64,000 nt of DNA from Abyssibacter sp. (GTDB taxonomy: Bacteria; Pseudomonadota; Gammaproteobacteria; Nevskiales; OUC007): NCBI GenBank assembly GCA_023146115.1, contig JAGLCS010000086.1, forward strand, positions 50,605 through 114,604. The letters are read 5' to 3'. A program made the position numbers and the translations under genes. Below are positions 37,506-47,987 of this stretch, one piece after another (the stretch's first letter is position 1; every line of letters starts with the position of its first letter). A model generated the notes under the pieces. It searched no databases. It had not been told where the DNA came from and worked only from the letters and a program-made list of their open reading frames with translations.

Positions 37506-39077
37506 TCAGTGGTCTTGCAGGGCATCGCGTATGGCGATGATGTCATCCATCGAGTCAAAGAAGGCATCGACCACCGCCGGGCCGAAATGCCGCCCACGCT
37601 GCTCCTTCAGAAACTCGAAGCAGCGCTCTAACGGCCATGCGGCCTTATAGCAACGTTCCGAGCTGATGGCGTCGAACACATCTGCGATTGCGGTGATTTG
37701 CGCGAAGATATGGATGTCGTCCCCCGCCAGTCCATACGGATAGCCGGTACCGTCCCATTTTTCCTGGTGCTGCAGTGAAATGATCTTGGCCGCTTGCAAC
37801 ACCGGGCGATCTTGGCCGGAGAGTATCGCGGCGCCGATCTCCGGATGTTTTTCCATCTCTGTCCGCTCTTCCGCCGTCAGCTTGCCAGGTTTTTTCAGAA
37901 TCGCGTCGGCGATGGCGATCTTGCCGAGATCGTGCAGCGGTGAGGCCATCCTGAGAATCTTTGCGTCCTCCTCCGATACCCCAAGCCGCTGGGCGATTAC
38001 CTGCGAATAGGCGCCGACCCGCTGCACGTGATGGCCGGTTTCCATTGACCGTGCTTCCACAGCTTCGCTGATCAATAGCACGATGTCTTCCTGGCTACGC
38101 TCCAAATCGACATTGAGCGCGATGGCGTCCCTGGCCAGCGAGGCGTTGCGGCAGAACAGTTGGACGAGTTCACGGTCCAGCTCGTGTTGCGCGGCATCCG
38201 CATGGACGAGAAACACGCGAGGGTTGCCCGTGGCCGATTCCGAGTAGGTGCAGTAATAATTTGCGTGACTGCTGTCGGCACCATCGCGCAGGCAGCGGGT
38301 GATCAACTCGGTGGCGGAAGGCGGCAGCGCTGAAATACCCACTCGATTCGCGAGGTCGAAGGCGCCGCTGGCGGCGATGACCTTGAGCGGTTCGGGCTCG
38401 CGCCCGTGATCGACGATGACCGCTGATCCGCCTTGGACCAAGACCGAGGCCTGACCGCCGGTCACCAGCCTCGATAATTCGGAGAGCATCCGCTGTTCGG
38501 CGGCGGGCAGGTCGTTATCTCCCGCCATGTCGGACAGCGCGTCGAGGATGTCACGCAGACCTGCGGTATGAGCGGCGATGCGCCGCTGGGCTTTTTCCAA
38601 TGCGCAGATCTGCTCGAACGAACGCAGCGCCGTGAGCACGGCGGTTTTCAGCCGGGTTGCGGTCTGGAAGGACTTTTCCTCGTAGCCGTTGATGTCGAAA
38701 TCACGCACCGTGTCCCAGGCCGGCGCCAGCCCCGCTTGGCCGGTGCGGATGATCAGGCGTGTCCGGCCCTCATTCAGGGTTTCTCGGATGTAGCGCACGA
38801 GGTCGAGGCCGGCTTCGTCGCTTTCCATGACCACATCGATCAAGGCTACGGCGTACAGCGTCTGTCGCAGCATCTCACCGGCCTGCTCGGCGCTCTCGGC
38901 CGAGTGCAGCTCCAAGGGGCGGTCAGCGTGCGCCAGCCCCGCCAGGGCCAAGCGGGTGACATTGTGAATATCCGGATCGTCATCGACTAGCAGGACTTTC
39001 CAAGTCGCAGAATGTCCGTCCGACGCCGGGATGAGCGGCGTCTCTTCTGCTGCGAATTCGAATTGATCTGATGGCAT
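37506..39077 (-). CDS. Response regulator with a C-terminal HD-GYP domain (putative c-di-GMP phosphodiesterase) and an uncharacterised central domain
   Basis: 523 aa. REC domain (KVLLVDDDPD..., LIDVVM), about 180 aa of central domain, then the HD-GYP motifs HHVQRV, HDLGKI and GTGYPYG. Confidence 0.85.
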   Translation of the reverse strand: MPSDQFEFAAEETPLIPASDGHSATWKVLLVDDDPDIHNVTRLALAGLAHADRPLELHSAESAEQAGEMLRQTLYAVALIDVVMESDEAGLDLVRYIRETLNEGRTRLIIRTGQAGLAPAWDTVRDFDINGYEEKSFQTATRLKTAVLTALRSFEQICALEKAQRRIAAHTAGLRDILDALSDMAGDNDLPAAEQRMLSELSRLVTGGQASVLVQGGSAVIVDHGREPEPLKVIAASGAFDLANRVGISALPPSATELITRCLRDGADSSHANYYCTYSESATGNPRVFLVHADAAQHELDRELVQLFCRNASLARDAIALNVDLERSQEDIVLLISEAVEARSMETGHHVQRVGAYSQVIAQRLGVSEEDAKILRMASPLHDLGKIAIADAILKKPGKLTAEERTEMEKHPEIGAAILSGQDRPVLQAAKIISLQHQEKWDGTGYPYGLAGDDIHIFAQITAIADVFDAISSERCYKAAWPLERCFEFLKEQRGRHFGPAVVDAFFDSMDDIIAIRDALQDH

Positions 39078-39163
39078 CCGGTCCTACTGCCTTGGGTTGC
39101 ATCCGAAGTTACTATGGCTTTTATAGTAGCTTCTCGTTTGCACACGCGCAGCGGGCGCTGGCG

Positions 39164-40504
39164 TCAATCAATGCCAAGCTTTTTCGTGCGATAGCGCAGC
39201 TGACGAAAACTCATTCCCAGGCGTTCGGCGGCCTTGGTCTTGTTGAACCTGGTGGCCTGCAGCGCTTCGAGAATCCGTTGGCGTTCCAGTTCCTCCAACT
39301 CGCCGCGTAGACCATCCGCATCGTCGGTGGATGTTGGCGCCATCGTCGGTGGTGCTGGGGTGAGCTGCAGGTCATCGACATCGATGACATCGCCATCGGC
39401 CAAGGCGACTGCGCGCTCTAGTACGTTATCCAGTTCGCGCACGTTGCCAGGAAACGCGTGTGTGGACAGGTGCGACAGAGCATTTGTGGTCAGCCGCGGC
39501 GCGGCGGGCAGGCCGTAGCGTTCGGCAATCGTTGCCAATAGCTGCGTGGCGAGAAGCGGGATGTCATCTGCGCGGTCGCGCAGCGGCGGCACCGAAACCT
39601 GAATGACATTGAGGCGATAGAACAGATCCTGGCGAAATTCGCCTTCCTGCACCCGTGTGGCCAGATCGTGGTGGGTGGCCGAGACAATTCGGACATCGAC
39701 CGGCACCTCACGTTTGGCGCCGACGGGGCGAATAGAGCGTTCCTGGATCGCGCGTAGCAACTTGACCTGCATGAGCAGCGGCAGGTCCGCCACCTCATCG
39801 AGGAATAGCGTGCCACCGTCGGCCGCTTGGAACAGCCCCTCCTTGGTCTCGTTGGCGCCGGTAAAGCTGCCGCGCAGGTGGCCGAAGAGTTCTGATTCCA
39901 TCAGTTCGCCCGGGATGGCACCGCAGTTGACCGGAACGAACGGTCCGCTGCGTCTGGCGCCCTGCTCGTGGATGAGACGCGCCACGAGTTCCTTGCCGGT
40001 TCCCGATTCGCCGGTGATGTACACGGGCGCCTGGCTACGGCCCAGTTTCAGGATCGTCTTGCGCAGTTGCCGAATACTCGCGGTCTCGCCGATCAGCGCG
40101 GTCTCGTGCGCATCCGCCTGGGGCGGGAGCGCAGACGGCTGCACCGACAGTGCGGATTCGACCAGCTTGCGTAGCACGTGAATGTCCACGGGCTTGCTGA
40201 CGAAATCGAAGGCGCCGAGTTTCATGCACTCAACGGCGTCTTCCGTATTGCCGTAGGCGGTGATGACGGCAACAGGGACGTCGGGGTGGGCTTGTTGGAT
40301 GTGACGGACCAGGTCCTTGCCCGTGCCATCAGGCATGCGCATGTCCGTGAGGCACAGGTCGAAACGGCGTTCGGCCAGCCGTTCGCGCGCCTGTCCGACA
40401 TTCTCTGCGGCGTCGGTGTCCACACCCATTCGGGCCAGCGTGATTTCGATGAGCTTGCGGATGTCGACTTCGTCGTCGACGACCAGGACGCGCGGGTTGT
40501 TCAT
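39164..40504 (-). CDS. pilR: Sigma-54-dependent response regulator (NtrC family), PilR-like
   Basis: 446 aa. REC domain, AAA+ domain (GESGTGKE Walker A and a GSFTGA sigma-54 contact loop) and a C-terminal Fis-type HTH. Translationally coupled to the upstream PilS-like kinase. The pilR name is inferred from kinase architecture and the sucCD neighbourhood. Confidence 0.7.
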   Translation of the reverse strand: MNNPRVLVVDDEVDIRKLIEITLARMGVDTDAAENVGQARERLAERRFDLCLTDMRMPDGTGKDLVRHIQQAHPDVPVAVITAYGNTEDAVECMKLGAFDFVSKPVDIHVLRKLVESALSVQPSALPPQADAHETALIGETASIRQLRKTILKLGRSQAPVYITGESGTGKELVARLIHEQGARRSGPFVPVNCGAIPGELMESELFGHLRGSFTGANETKEGLFQAADGGTLFLDEVADLPLLMQVKLLRAIQERSIRPVGAKREVPVDVRIVSATHHDLATRVQEGEFRQDLFYRLNVIQVSVPPLRDRADDIPLLATQLLATIAERYGLPAAPRLTTNALSHLSTHAFPGNVRELDNVLERAVALADGDVIDVDDLQLTPAPPTMAPTSTDDADGLRGELEELERQRILEALQATRFNKTKAAERLGMSFRQLRYRTKKLGID

Positions 40505-42117
40505 GCCGTCAGTGTCTCATGATGGACAGAGTTTCCTGCCGGCAGCTGAAGCTGGAATCGAGCGCCAGGCCGTGCTGACACCAGATCTAGGTGGCCGCCG
40601 TTGTTGCGAGCCAGTTCGCGGGCGAGATAAAGCCCCAGCCCGGTGCCGGAGGAACGGGTGGTGAAAAACGGCTCGAACACATGCTCCACGACGTCAGTCG
40701 GGATGCCGGGTCCGTTGTCGCTAAGTTCGATGGTCACTTGCTCGCCATCGGACCGGGCGGCGATACGCAGCCGGACCGGGCGCGATGCCGCATGTTCGCA
40801 GCTGTTTTCCCACAGGTTGGTCAGAATCCGGCGCAGGTGGTCCGGGTCGGCGACGATATGCACCGATTTGTCGATTTGATGCAGGTCCAGCTGACAGTGC
40901 TCGTGCTGGCCAGACTCGCGAAATTGTTCGAAATGGGCGCTGCACTCGGCATGCAATGGAATAGGAATCGGGGCCCCCGGTGCCGGACGAGATAGCGACA
41001 GCACATCGCGCACGATGCTTTCGATGCGCGAACTGTTGCGGCGGACGATCGCATTCAGCGCGCGGTCATCCTCGGACAGCTCTGGCGATTCCTCCAGAAG
41101 CTGAGCGGCGTTGCTAATCGCCGCCAGCGGATTGCGGATCTCGTGCGCGATGGAGGCCGACAAGCGGCCCAGGGCCGCGAGTTTGATCTGCTGCGCCTGC
41201 TGGGCCAGCGCATCGGCGTCTTCGAGCATGATCAGCACGGGCGCATAGTCACCCCAGCCCAGGCGGACGAACTGGGCCGACAGCGCCCGGCCACCGGGCA
41301 GTGGGATCGGGTCCATGTGGATGTTGGGGTCGGCGCGCCAGCGAGCGAGTGCCGCACCCAGCGCGGGGGTTACGGCATCTAGCGGCTGACCATGGATCGA
41401 AGTGTCGAGCTCGATCAGGCGGCGCGCCGCGGGATTCACCAGTTGCACGGTGCCGTTGCCGGTGACCGCGACGACGCCGGCACGGATGCGAGCGACGATA
41501 CTTTCATTGAGCCGCGACAGGCTCACCAGGTCTCCGCCGACCTGGCGCGCCAACGCCTCGCTGCGTCGTGCGCGACCGGCCATGGCATGGCTGACCAGCC
41601 CCATCGCGAACATCAGCAGCCCGAGCAGGCCGGCTTCGGTGAGTGCTTGCGCATTCGGACTGCTAAGTGTGCGTAGCGACTCCAGCGCCAGCAGGCCGAT
41701 GCTGGTTACGGCGGCCACCAGCAGCACCATGCGGCGGTTGAGCAGCAGGCTGGCGGCGATCATCGGGAAAACCAGCAGCACGCCAAGGCCGCTGGCGACG
41801 CCGTTGGTTGCCCACATCCAGAGGCCGACACCCGTCATGTCGGCGATGGATTGGAATAATGTCTGCGCGTCCAGAGCCGGCCGCCGCATTTCCAGCGTGA
41901 CGGTGGCGCCCATCGCATGCAGCGCGGTGGCCAAGGCAACGATCAGAAAGACATCGGACCGAATCACGCCGAGTGCCTGGCCGGCGAGGTCCAGATAAAT
42001 CAATGCCAGCGCAATGACGGAGACAATCCAGCGATAAGCCGTCAAGGCCCGCAGGACGCGCCAGTCAGAGGCTGTAGGGTGATCGGCGATCTCGCGCGCG
42101 AGAAAACGACCGCTCAT
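40501..42117 (-). CDS. pilS: Sensor histidine kinase, PilS-like (polytopic N-terminus, PAS, HisKA, HATPase)
   Basis: The start is re-called at M44 of track ORF 40501..42246 ([14 protein letters not shown]...). About 6 TM helices, H-box [12 protein letters not shown], and G-boxes DNGPGI and GTGLGL. Confidence 0.68.
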   Translation of the reverse strand: MSGRFLAREIADHPTASDWRVLRALTAYRWIVSVIALALIYLDLAGQALGVIRSDVFLIVALATALHAMGATVTLEMRRPALDAQTLFQSIADMTGVGLWMWATNGVASGLGVLLVFPMIAASLLLNRRMVLLVAAVTSIGLLALESLRTLSSPNAQALTEAGLLGLLMFAMGLVSHAMAGRARRSEALARQVGGDLVSLSRLNESIVARIRAGVVAVTGNGTVQLVNPAARRLIELDTSIHGQPLDAVTPALGAALARWRADPNIHMDPIPLPGGRALSAQFVRLGWGDYAPVLIMLEDADALAQQAQQIKLAALGRLSASIAHEIRNPLAAISNAAQLLEESPELSEDDRALNAIVRRNSSRIESIVRDVLSLSRPAPGAPIPIPLHAECSAHFEQFRESGQHEHCQLDLHQIDKSVHIVADPDHLRRILTNLWENSCEHAASRPVRLRIAARSDGEQVTIELSDNGPGIPTDVVEHVFEPFFTTRSSGTGLGLYLARELARNNGGHLDLVSARPGARFQLQLPAGNSVHHETLTA

Positions 42118-42245
42118 GTTGCGCGTTGTCGGGGCACTTCGACGAAACCGATTGCTTGCAGATTGACCCAAGCATACGGCGCCGTTTTGCGCACCGCACG
42201 GCGATGGGCGAGAATCCGCAGCCCAACTCCCGAGTCCGGTGTGCA

Positions 42246-43406
42246 ATGAACCTGCATGAGTATCAGGCCAAGGGCCTGTTTGCCGAGTACGGCATCCCCG
42301 TTCCGACCGGCCACGTGGCCAGTTCCCCCGACGAGGCTGTCGAAGCCGCGAAGAAACTTGGCGGCGAGCGCTGGGTCGTCAAAGCGCAGGTCCACACCGG
42401 TGGCCGCGGCAAGGTCGGTGGCGTGAAGCTGGTCGACACGCTGGATGAGGTGAAGTCAGCCGCAGCCGGCATGCTCGGTCAGCGGCTGGTCACCAAGCAG
42501 ACCGACGCCAAAGGCCTGCCGATCAACCTGGTGCTGGTCGAGGAACCCTCGGCCATCGTCACCGAGCTTTACCTGTCGGTACTTGTCGATCGCGGCACCG
42601 ACCGCATCGTGGTCATGGCCTCGCCGGAAGGCGGCATGGACATCGAGGAAGTCGCGGAGAACACGCCGGAGAAAATCCTGGCCGTGGGCGTACCTCCTGG
42701 CGCCGGCTTTTCCGGCTATCAGGCGCGGCGTCTGGGCTTCTTCCTGGGGCTTAACAAGGATCAGATCGGCCAGTTCGGCAAGATCGTCAATGGCTTTATC
42801 CGCCTGTTCCACGAGCGCGATGCCAGCCTGGTCGAGATCAACCCGCTGATCATCAAGGAAGACGGCAGTCTGGCCGCCCTGGATGCCAAGCTGAATTTCG
42901 ACGACAACGCCCTGTATCGTAATCAGGACATCGCCGCGATGGCCGATCCGACGCAAGAAGATGAGAAGGAGTTGGCGGCCGCCAAGCACGACCTCAACTA
43001 CGTCACGCTGGAAGGCGACATCGGTTGCATGGTCAATGGCGCGGGCCTGGCGATGGCGACCATGGATATCATCAAGTTGCATGGCGGTCAGCCGGCAAAC
43101 TTCCTGGATGTCGGTGGTGGTGCGACCGCCGAGCGCGTGACCGAGGCCTTCAAGCTGATCACGTCGGGCTCCGACGTAAAGGCCATTCTGGTGAATATCT
43201 TCGGTGGCATCGTGCGCTGCGATCTCATCGCCGAAGGGATTATCGAGGCCGTCAAGCAGGTTGGGCTGACCATTCCGGTTATCGCCCGACTGGAAGGCAC
43301 GAACGTCGAGCAGGGCCGCAAACTGCTCGAAGAATCCGATTTCGACATCATTCCCGCTGTGGACCTGACCGACGCCGCCAAAAAGGTCGTCGAGGCCGCC
43401 AAGTAA
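42246..43406 (+). CDS. sucC: Succinate--CoA ligase (ADP-forming) beta subunit
   Basis: The start is re-called at [20 protein letters not shown]. 386 aa, highly conserved throughout. Confidence 0.96.
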   Translation: MNLHEYQAKGLFAEYGIPVPTGHVASSPDEAVEAAKKLGGERWVVKAQVHTGGRGKVGGVKLVDTLDEVKSAAAGMLGQRLVTKQTDAKGLPINLVLVEEPSAIVTELYLSVLVDRGTDRIVVMASPEGGMDIEEVAENTPEKILAVGVPPGAGFSGYQARRLGFFLGLNKDQIGQFGKIVNGFIRLFHERDASLVEINPLIIKEDGSLAALDAKLNFDDNALYRNQDIAAMADPTQEDEKELAAAKHDLNYVTLEGDIGCMVNGAGLAMATMDIIKLHGGQPANFLDVGGGATAERVTEAFKLITSGSDVKAILVNIFGGIVRCDLIAEGIIEAVKQVGLTIPVIARLEGTNVEQGRKLLEESDFDIIPAVDLTDAAKKVVEAAK

Positions 43407-43431
43407 GCCCCCGGACCACAAAGGACATCTC

Positions 43432-44301
43432 ATGAGTATCTTGATCAACAAGGACACGAAGGTCGTCGTCCAGGGCTTCACCGGGCGCCAGGGCACCTTC
43501 CATTCGGAACAGGCCATTGCCTACGGCACTCAGCTGGTTGGTGGTGTCACGCCGGGCCGCGGCGGTGAAAGTCATCTCGACCGGCCCGTGTTCAATACCG
43601 TGGCGGAAGCCGTTGCAGAAACCGGCGCCGATGCCAGCATGATCTATGTGCCGGCGCCGTTTGCCGCTGACGCCGTGCTGGAAGCCATTGATGCGGGCAT
43701 CAAGGTGATCGTCTGCATCACCGAACATATTCCGGTGCTGGACATGGTGCGCGTCAAGGCGGCGCTGGGCGAAACCGATTCGGTGCTGATCGGCCCGAAT
43801 TGCCCTGGCGTCATCACGCCGGGTGAATGCAAGATCGGCATCATGCCGGGCCATATTCACAAGCCGGGCAAGATCGGCATTGTGTCGCGCTCTGGCACCT
43901 TGACCTACGAGGCGGTTTTCCAGACCACGAACAACGGTCTCGGACAGTCCACCTGTGTGGGCATTGGCGGCGACCCCGTCCATGGCATGGGCTTCATCGA
44001 CGTCATTTCTCGCTTCCAGGACGATCCGAAGACCGAAGGCATCATCATGGTTGGCGAGATCGGTGGATCGAAGGAAGAAGAGGCCGCCGAGTACATCAAG
44101 GCGAATGTCACCAAGCCTGTCGTGGCGTATATCGCCGGCGTGACGGCGCCTCCCGGCAAACGCATGGGGCACGCCGGTGCGATCATTTCCGGCGGCAAGG
44201 GCACCGCTGCGGACAAGTTCGCGGCATTGGAAGCCGCCGGTGTGACCACAGTCAGTTCGCCGGCGGATCTCGGCGAGGCGATTGCCAAGGCACTGGGCTA
44301 G
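43432..44301 (+). CDS. sucD: Succinate--CoA ligase alpha subunit
   Basis: 289 aa. [24 protein letters not shown] and the phosphohistidine-loop context SRSGTLTYE ... GHAGAI. Confidence 0.96.
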   Translation: MSILINKDTKVVVQGFTGRQGTFHSEQAIAYGTQLVGGVTPGRGGESHLDRPVFNTVAEAVAETGADASMIYVPAPFAADAVLEAIDAGIKVIVCITEHIPVLDMVRVKAALGETDSVLIGPNCPGVITPGECKIGIMPGHIHKPGKIGIVSRSGTLTYEAVFQTTNNGLGQSTCVGIGGDPVHGMGFIDVISRFQDDPKTEGIIMVGEIGGSKEEEAAEYIKANVTKPVVAYIAGVTAPPGKRMGHAGAIISGGKGTAADKFAALEAAGVTTVSSPADLGEAIAKALG

Positions 44302-44334
44302 GCGCGCCGCGCCAAGTCCGATCCCAACGCGCTT

Positions 44335-45972
44335 ATGGCACGCTCGCTACGGGTCTGCATGGCCCAGCTCAATCTGTGGGTCGGCGATGTCGACGGCAAC
44401 GTCGACAAGATGGTCAAGGCGGCCATTGAGGCCCGGGAGACGCACCAGGCCGATCTGGTCGTGTTTCCCGAGCTGGCCGTCCTGGGCTATCCGCCGGATG
44501 ATCTGCTGCTGCGGCGGGGTCTCCCGCAGAAGGTGAAGGATGGCCTGACGCGGATTCGCCGCGAGGTGGCGGGGATCTGCGTCATTGTCGGCTACCCCGA
44601 GTACACCGAGAAGGGCATCTTCAACGCTGCGGATGTGTATCTGGGCGACAAGCGTCTGGCCAAGTATCGCAAGCAAAAGCTACCCAATTACGGGGTCTTC
44701 GACGAAGAGCGACACTTCGCTCAGGGCGACAAGACCTGCGTGTTCGAACTGGCCGGACTGACGGTCGGGCTGACGATTTGCGAAGACATCTGGGAGCCCG
44801 GTCCGACGGCGGATGTGGCCAAGGCCGGCGCCAGCTTGCTGGTCAACATCAACGCCTCGCCCTTCCACGAGACCAAGCACGCGCTACGCAACGAGATTCT
44901 TGCCGAGCGGGCCAAGGAGACCGGCCTGTCCATTGTCTACGTGAACTGCGTGGGCGGGCAGGATGAACTGGTGTTCGATGGTGATTCCATGGTCGCGCGT
45001 CACGACGGTCAGATCATCTCGCGGGCGCCGACGTTCGAAGAGGGGGTCTTCCTCGCCGACGTGCCAATCGACCACGTCGCCAATGCCAAGCCGGCGAAAA
45101 AAACTGACCAATCCATGGAGCAGCTGTGCTGGCGCGCGCTGACCATGTCGGTTGCGGATTACGTCAATCGCAACCGGTTTGATGGCGTGCTGATCGGCTT
45201 GTCCGGAGGCATCGATTCATCGCTGGTGCTGGCCCTGGCGGTGGATGCGCTGGGCGCGGACCGCGTCTGGTGCGTCGCCATGCCGTCGCGGTACACGTCA
45301 GAGCTGTCGCGCCGCGAGGCGCGAGCACAGGCCGAGGCGCTGGGCGTGCGCTTCTCCGACATCGGCATCGAGCCGATGGTCGAACAGTTCGGGCAGGCCC
45401 TGGGCAGGGAATTCGCCGGTTGCGAACAAGATGTAACCGAAGAGAACATCCAGTCCCGTGTGCGCGGCACCTTGCTGATGGCCTTGTCCAACAAGTTCCG
45501 GTACCTGGTCCTGGCGACCGGGAACAAGAGCGAGCTGGCCACGGGATACGCCACCCTGTACGGCGACATGGCCGGCGGCTTCGCGCCGCTCAAGGATGTG
45601 TACAAAACCCTGGTGTTTCGCTTGGCGAACTGGCGAAACCGGCAGGTGCCGGCCGGGGAGCCGCCGTTCATTCCGCAGGTGGTCATCGACCGTCCGCCGT
45701 CGGCGGAATTGAGACCCGACCAGCAGGATTCCGACAGCTTGCCGCCCTACGAGACGCTGGACGCCATCATCCGCGCCTATGTCGAGGAGCATGCGACGCT
45801 GTCGGAAATCGTCGACCAGGGGTTCGATGCAGATCTGGTCCGGCGCGTGGCTCGGATGATTCGTCACAACGAGTACAAGCGTCGCCAGGCCCCGCCCGGG
45901 CCGAAGGTCACGGCACGCGCGTTCGGGCGGGATCGGCGTTATCCGATCACAGCGGTCTACGAGGACATCTAA
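44335..45972 (+). CDS. nadE: Glutamine-dependent NAD+ synthetase
   Basis: 545 aa. N-terminal CN-hydrolase domain (FPELAVLGYPPDD, ICEDIW) plus a C-terminal synthetase domain with the SGGIDSS P-loop. Confidence 0.93.
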   Translation: MARSLRVCMAQLNLWVGDVDGNVDKMVKAAIEARETHQADLVVFPELAVLGYPPDDLLLRRGLPQKVKDGLTRIRREVAGICVIVGYPEYTEKGIFNAADVYLGDKRLAKYRKQKLPNYGVFDEERHFAQGDKTCVFELAGLTVGLTICEDIWEPGPTADVAKAGASLLVNINASPFHETKHALRNEILAERAKETGLSIVYVNCVGGQDELVFDGDSMVARHDGQIISRAPTFEEGVFLADVPIDHVANAKPAKKTDQSMEQLCWRALTMSVADYVNRNRFDGVLIGLSGGIDSSLVLALAVDALGADRVWCVAMPSRYTSELSRREARAQAEALGVRFSDIGIEPMVEQFGQALGREFAGCEQDVTEENIQSRVRGTLLMALSNKFRYLVLATGNKSELATGYATLYGDMAGGFAPLKDVYKTLVFRLANWRNRQVPAGEPPFIPQVVIDRPPSAELRPDQQDSDSLPPYETLDAIIRAYVEEHATLSEIVDQGFDADLVRRVARMIRHNEYKRRQAPPGPKVTARAFGRDRRYPITAVYEDI

Positions 45973-46039
45973 CGCCCAGCGCGTTTAGGTGGCGCCGTAT
46001 TGACGGTGCCGCGAGTCTTGCAGGGCGTCCCTAGCGTCC

Positions 46040-46990
46040 CTAGGCGTCGTCACCCAGGCGCGCGCCTCCACGTGTGGTTGGCGTCTCCGAGTCCTCTGCG
46101 GCCGGATTCTCCGTCGGCGCCGGTTGCCGGTCGATGACTGGCGGCAGGCGCAGCGCCTCGGGGGATTCAGCATCCGCAGCTTGTGCGGCAGGCTTCGCCA
46201 CGCTCTGGTCCGGCCCGCCGTAATTGGCGCGGCTCAGTGACGCCGTAGCGTCGGCCAGCTCGGTGAGTTCGAGCTTCCGGTAGGCGGTTTCCAGCACGGT
46301 TAACGTTTCCGGGATCACCGACGTGCCCTGGAAGCGCTCGAGGATATCTTCGGCCCGGCGGCTGGCACCCACGTAGGCCTTTCGCTTGAGATAGTACTTG
46401 GCGATTTCCAGGTCGTGCTGCGCGAGACGGTCGCGCAGCAGGATCATGCGCTGGCGCGCATCGCCTGCGTATTTGCTGTCCGGGTAGCGCTGAATCAACT
46501 GGCCCAGCGCATCGAATGCGCGCCGCGCGTAGGTCGGATCGTAGGTGTGCGACTCCGACCAGGGCAGCAGGTCGCCACGGGCGTTTGCGCGGCTGTAGTG
46601 GATTAATCCGCGCAGGTAGTAGACGTATTCGATCTGCGGGTGGCGCGGATGCTCGCGCAGAAAGCGGTCGGCATCGGCCAACGCGCTATCCGGCGAATAC
46701 GACTTGTAGTTCGCGTAGATCAGTTCCAGCTGCGCCTGGGTGGCGTAATCCGAAAACGGAAAACGCAGCAGGATCGCCCGGTACTGTCCGATTGCGCCAT
46801 CGAAATCCGATGCGTCCAGCGACCGGCGCGCCATTCGATAGGCCTCGTCAGCCTGCAATCGTTGCAGCCGCTTGGGGACTTCATCGCGGAAGGGATTGGC
46901 CGGGGCGAGCTTGTCATCGTCGCTAGCGCAGGCGCCAAGCACTAAACTCGCGGCAACCAGCAGCAGGGCCGGTAGTCGGGTGACTATCAT
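46040..46990 (-). CDS. bamD: Outer membrane protein assembly factor BamD with a C-terminal low-complexity extension
   Basis: An internal start (MIVTRLPALLLVAASLVLGACAS lipobox) of track ORF 46040..47488. TPR-like BamD body (YRMARRSLDASDFDGAIGQY...YVYYLRG...). Divergent from rluD as in many Proteobacteria. Confidence 0.85.
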   Translation of the reverse strand: MIVTRLPALLLVAASLVLGACASDDDKLAPANPFRDEVPKRLQRLQADEAYRMARRSLDASDFDGAIGQYRAILLRFPFSDYATQAQLELIYANYKSYSPDSALADADRFLREHPRHPQIEYVYYLRGLIHYSRANARGDLLPWSESHTYDPTYARRAFDALGQLIQRYPDSKYAGDARQRMILLRDRLAQHDLEIAKYYLKRKAYVGASRRAEDILERFQGTSVIPETLTVLETAYRKLELTELADATASLSRANYGGPDQSVAKPAAQAADAESPEALRLPPVIDRQPAPTENPAAEDSETPTTRGGARLGDDA

Positions 46991-47039
46991 TCGGGGTCGT
47001 GTTCGCAGAAAAGGCCGCAAGAGTATACCGATCGTGTCG

Positions 47040-47987
47040 ATGAGTTCCGACATTCGAGTTTTTGAAGTCCCGGAAGTTCTGTCAGGCATGCGGCTCGACC
47101 GCGCGCTGGCCGAGTTGATGGGCGATGTGTCGCGCAGCCGTATCCAGCGATGGATCGGCGACGGACGCGTTCGGCTGGGCGCTGATATCTCGACCAACCA
47201 GCGGGCGTCGGTGACGTCAGGGCAGCGTATTGAGGTGGACCCGGTGTTCGAGGCCTTGGTCGAACCCGCGCCCGAGGCGATCGAGCTGGACGTGGTGTTT
47301 GAGGATTCCGATTGCCTGGTGATCAACAAGCCCGCCGGGCTGGTGGTGCATCCGGGTGCCGGCCAGGCGCGGGGCACCTTGCAAAATGCGCTGTTGCATC
47401 TGGACCCGGCACTGGACCGTCTGCCAAGGGCGGGGCTGGTCCACCGGCTGGACAAGCTCACCAGTGGCCTGCTCGTGGTGGCTCGCAATCCGGCGAGCTA
47501 CCACGCGCTATCGTCCGCGATGCAGGCTCGCGAGGTGCATCGGAGCTATCAGGCCCTGGTCTGGGGGCGGGTCATCGCCGGCGCAACCATCGAAGCCCCG
47601 CTGGGTCGACACCCGACGGACCGCACGCGCTTTGCGATCCGCCGCGATGGCCGACAAGCCGTGACTCATTACCGAGTGAACGCGCGTTGGGCATATCACA
47701 GCCTGCTCGACGTGCGACTGGAAACCGGGCGCACCCACCAGATTCGCGTGCATCTGCAATCCGTGGGTTTTCCGCTGGTCGGTGATCCCCAGTATGGCAG
47801 GCGGGGGAGCGGCCTCGCCGGCGCGTTGCCCGAGTTGCAAGCCGCGTTGACCGGCTTTCGTCGCCAAGCCTTGCATGCGCGAAAACTCGGGTTCTCGCAT
47901 CCGACGACGGGCGAGCAGATTGAGTTGACGGCCGACCTGCCGGCAGACCTCCAGCAATTGATCGCCGCCCTCGGTGCGCCGGAGTAG
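47040..47987 (+). CDS. rluD: 23S rRNA pseudouridine synthase RluD
   Basis: An internal start (MSSDIRVFEVPEVLSGMRLDRALA) of track ORF 46872..47987. S4 domain plus the catalytic HRLDKLTSG motif. Confidence 0.9.
   Translation: MSSDIRVFEVPEVLSGMRLDRALAELMGDVSRSRIQRWIGDGRVRLGADISTNQRASVTSGQRIEVDPVFEALVEPAPEAIELDVVFEDSDCLVINKPAGLVVHPGAGQARGTLQNALLHLDPALDRLPRAGLVHRLDKLTSGLLVVARNPASYHALSSAMQAREVHRSYQALVWGRVIAGATIEAPLGRHPTDRTRFAIRRDGRQAVTHYRVNARWAYHSLLDVRLETGRTHQIRVHLQSVGFPLVGDPQYGRRGSGLAGALPELQAALTGFRRQALHARKLGFSHPTTGEQIELTADLPADLQQLIAALGAPE

Noticed and set aside
39078-39163. A sigma-54-like TGGC-N-TAGC pattern in the pilR / HD-GYP intergenic spacer
   Set aside because: The GG-to-GC spacing is off by one relative to TGGCAC-N5-TTGC, and the element is on the + strand, pointing antisense into pilR.
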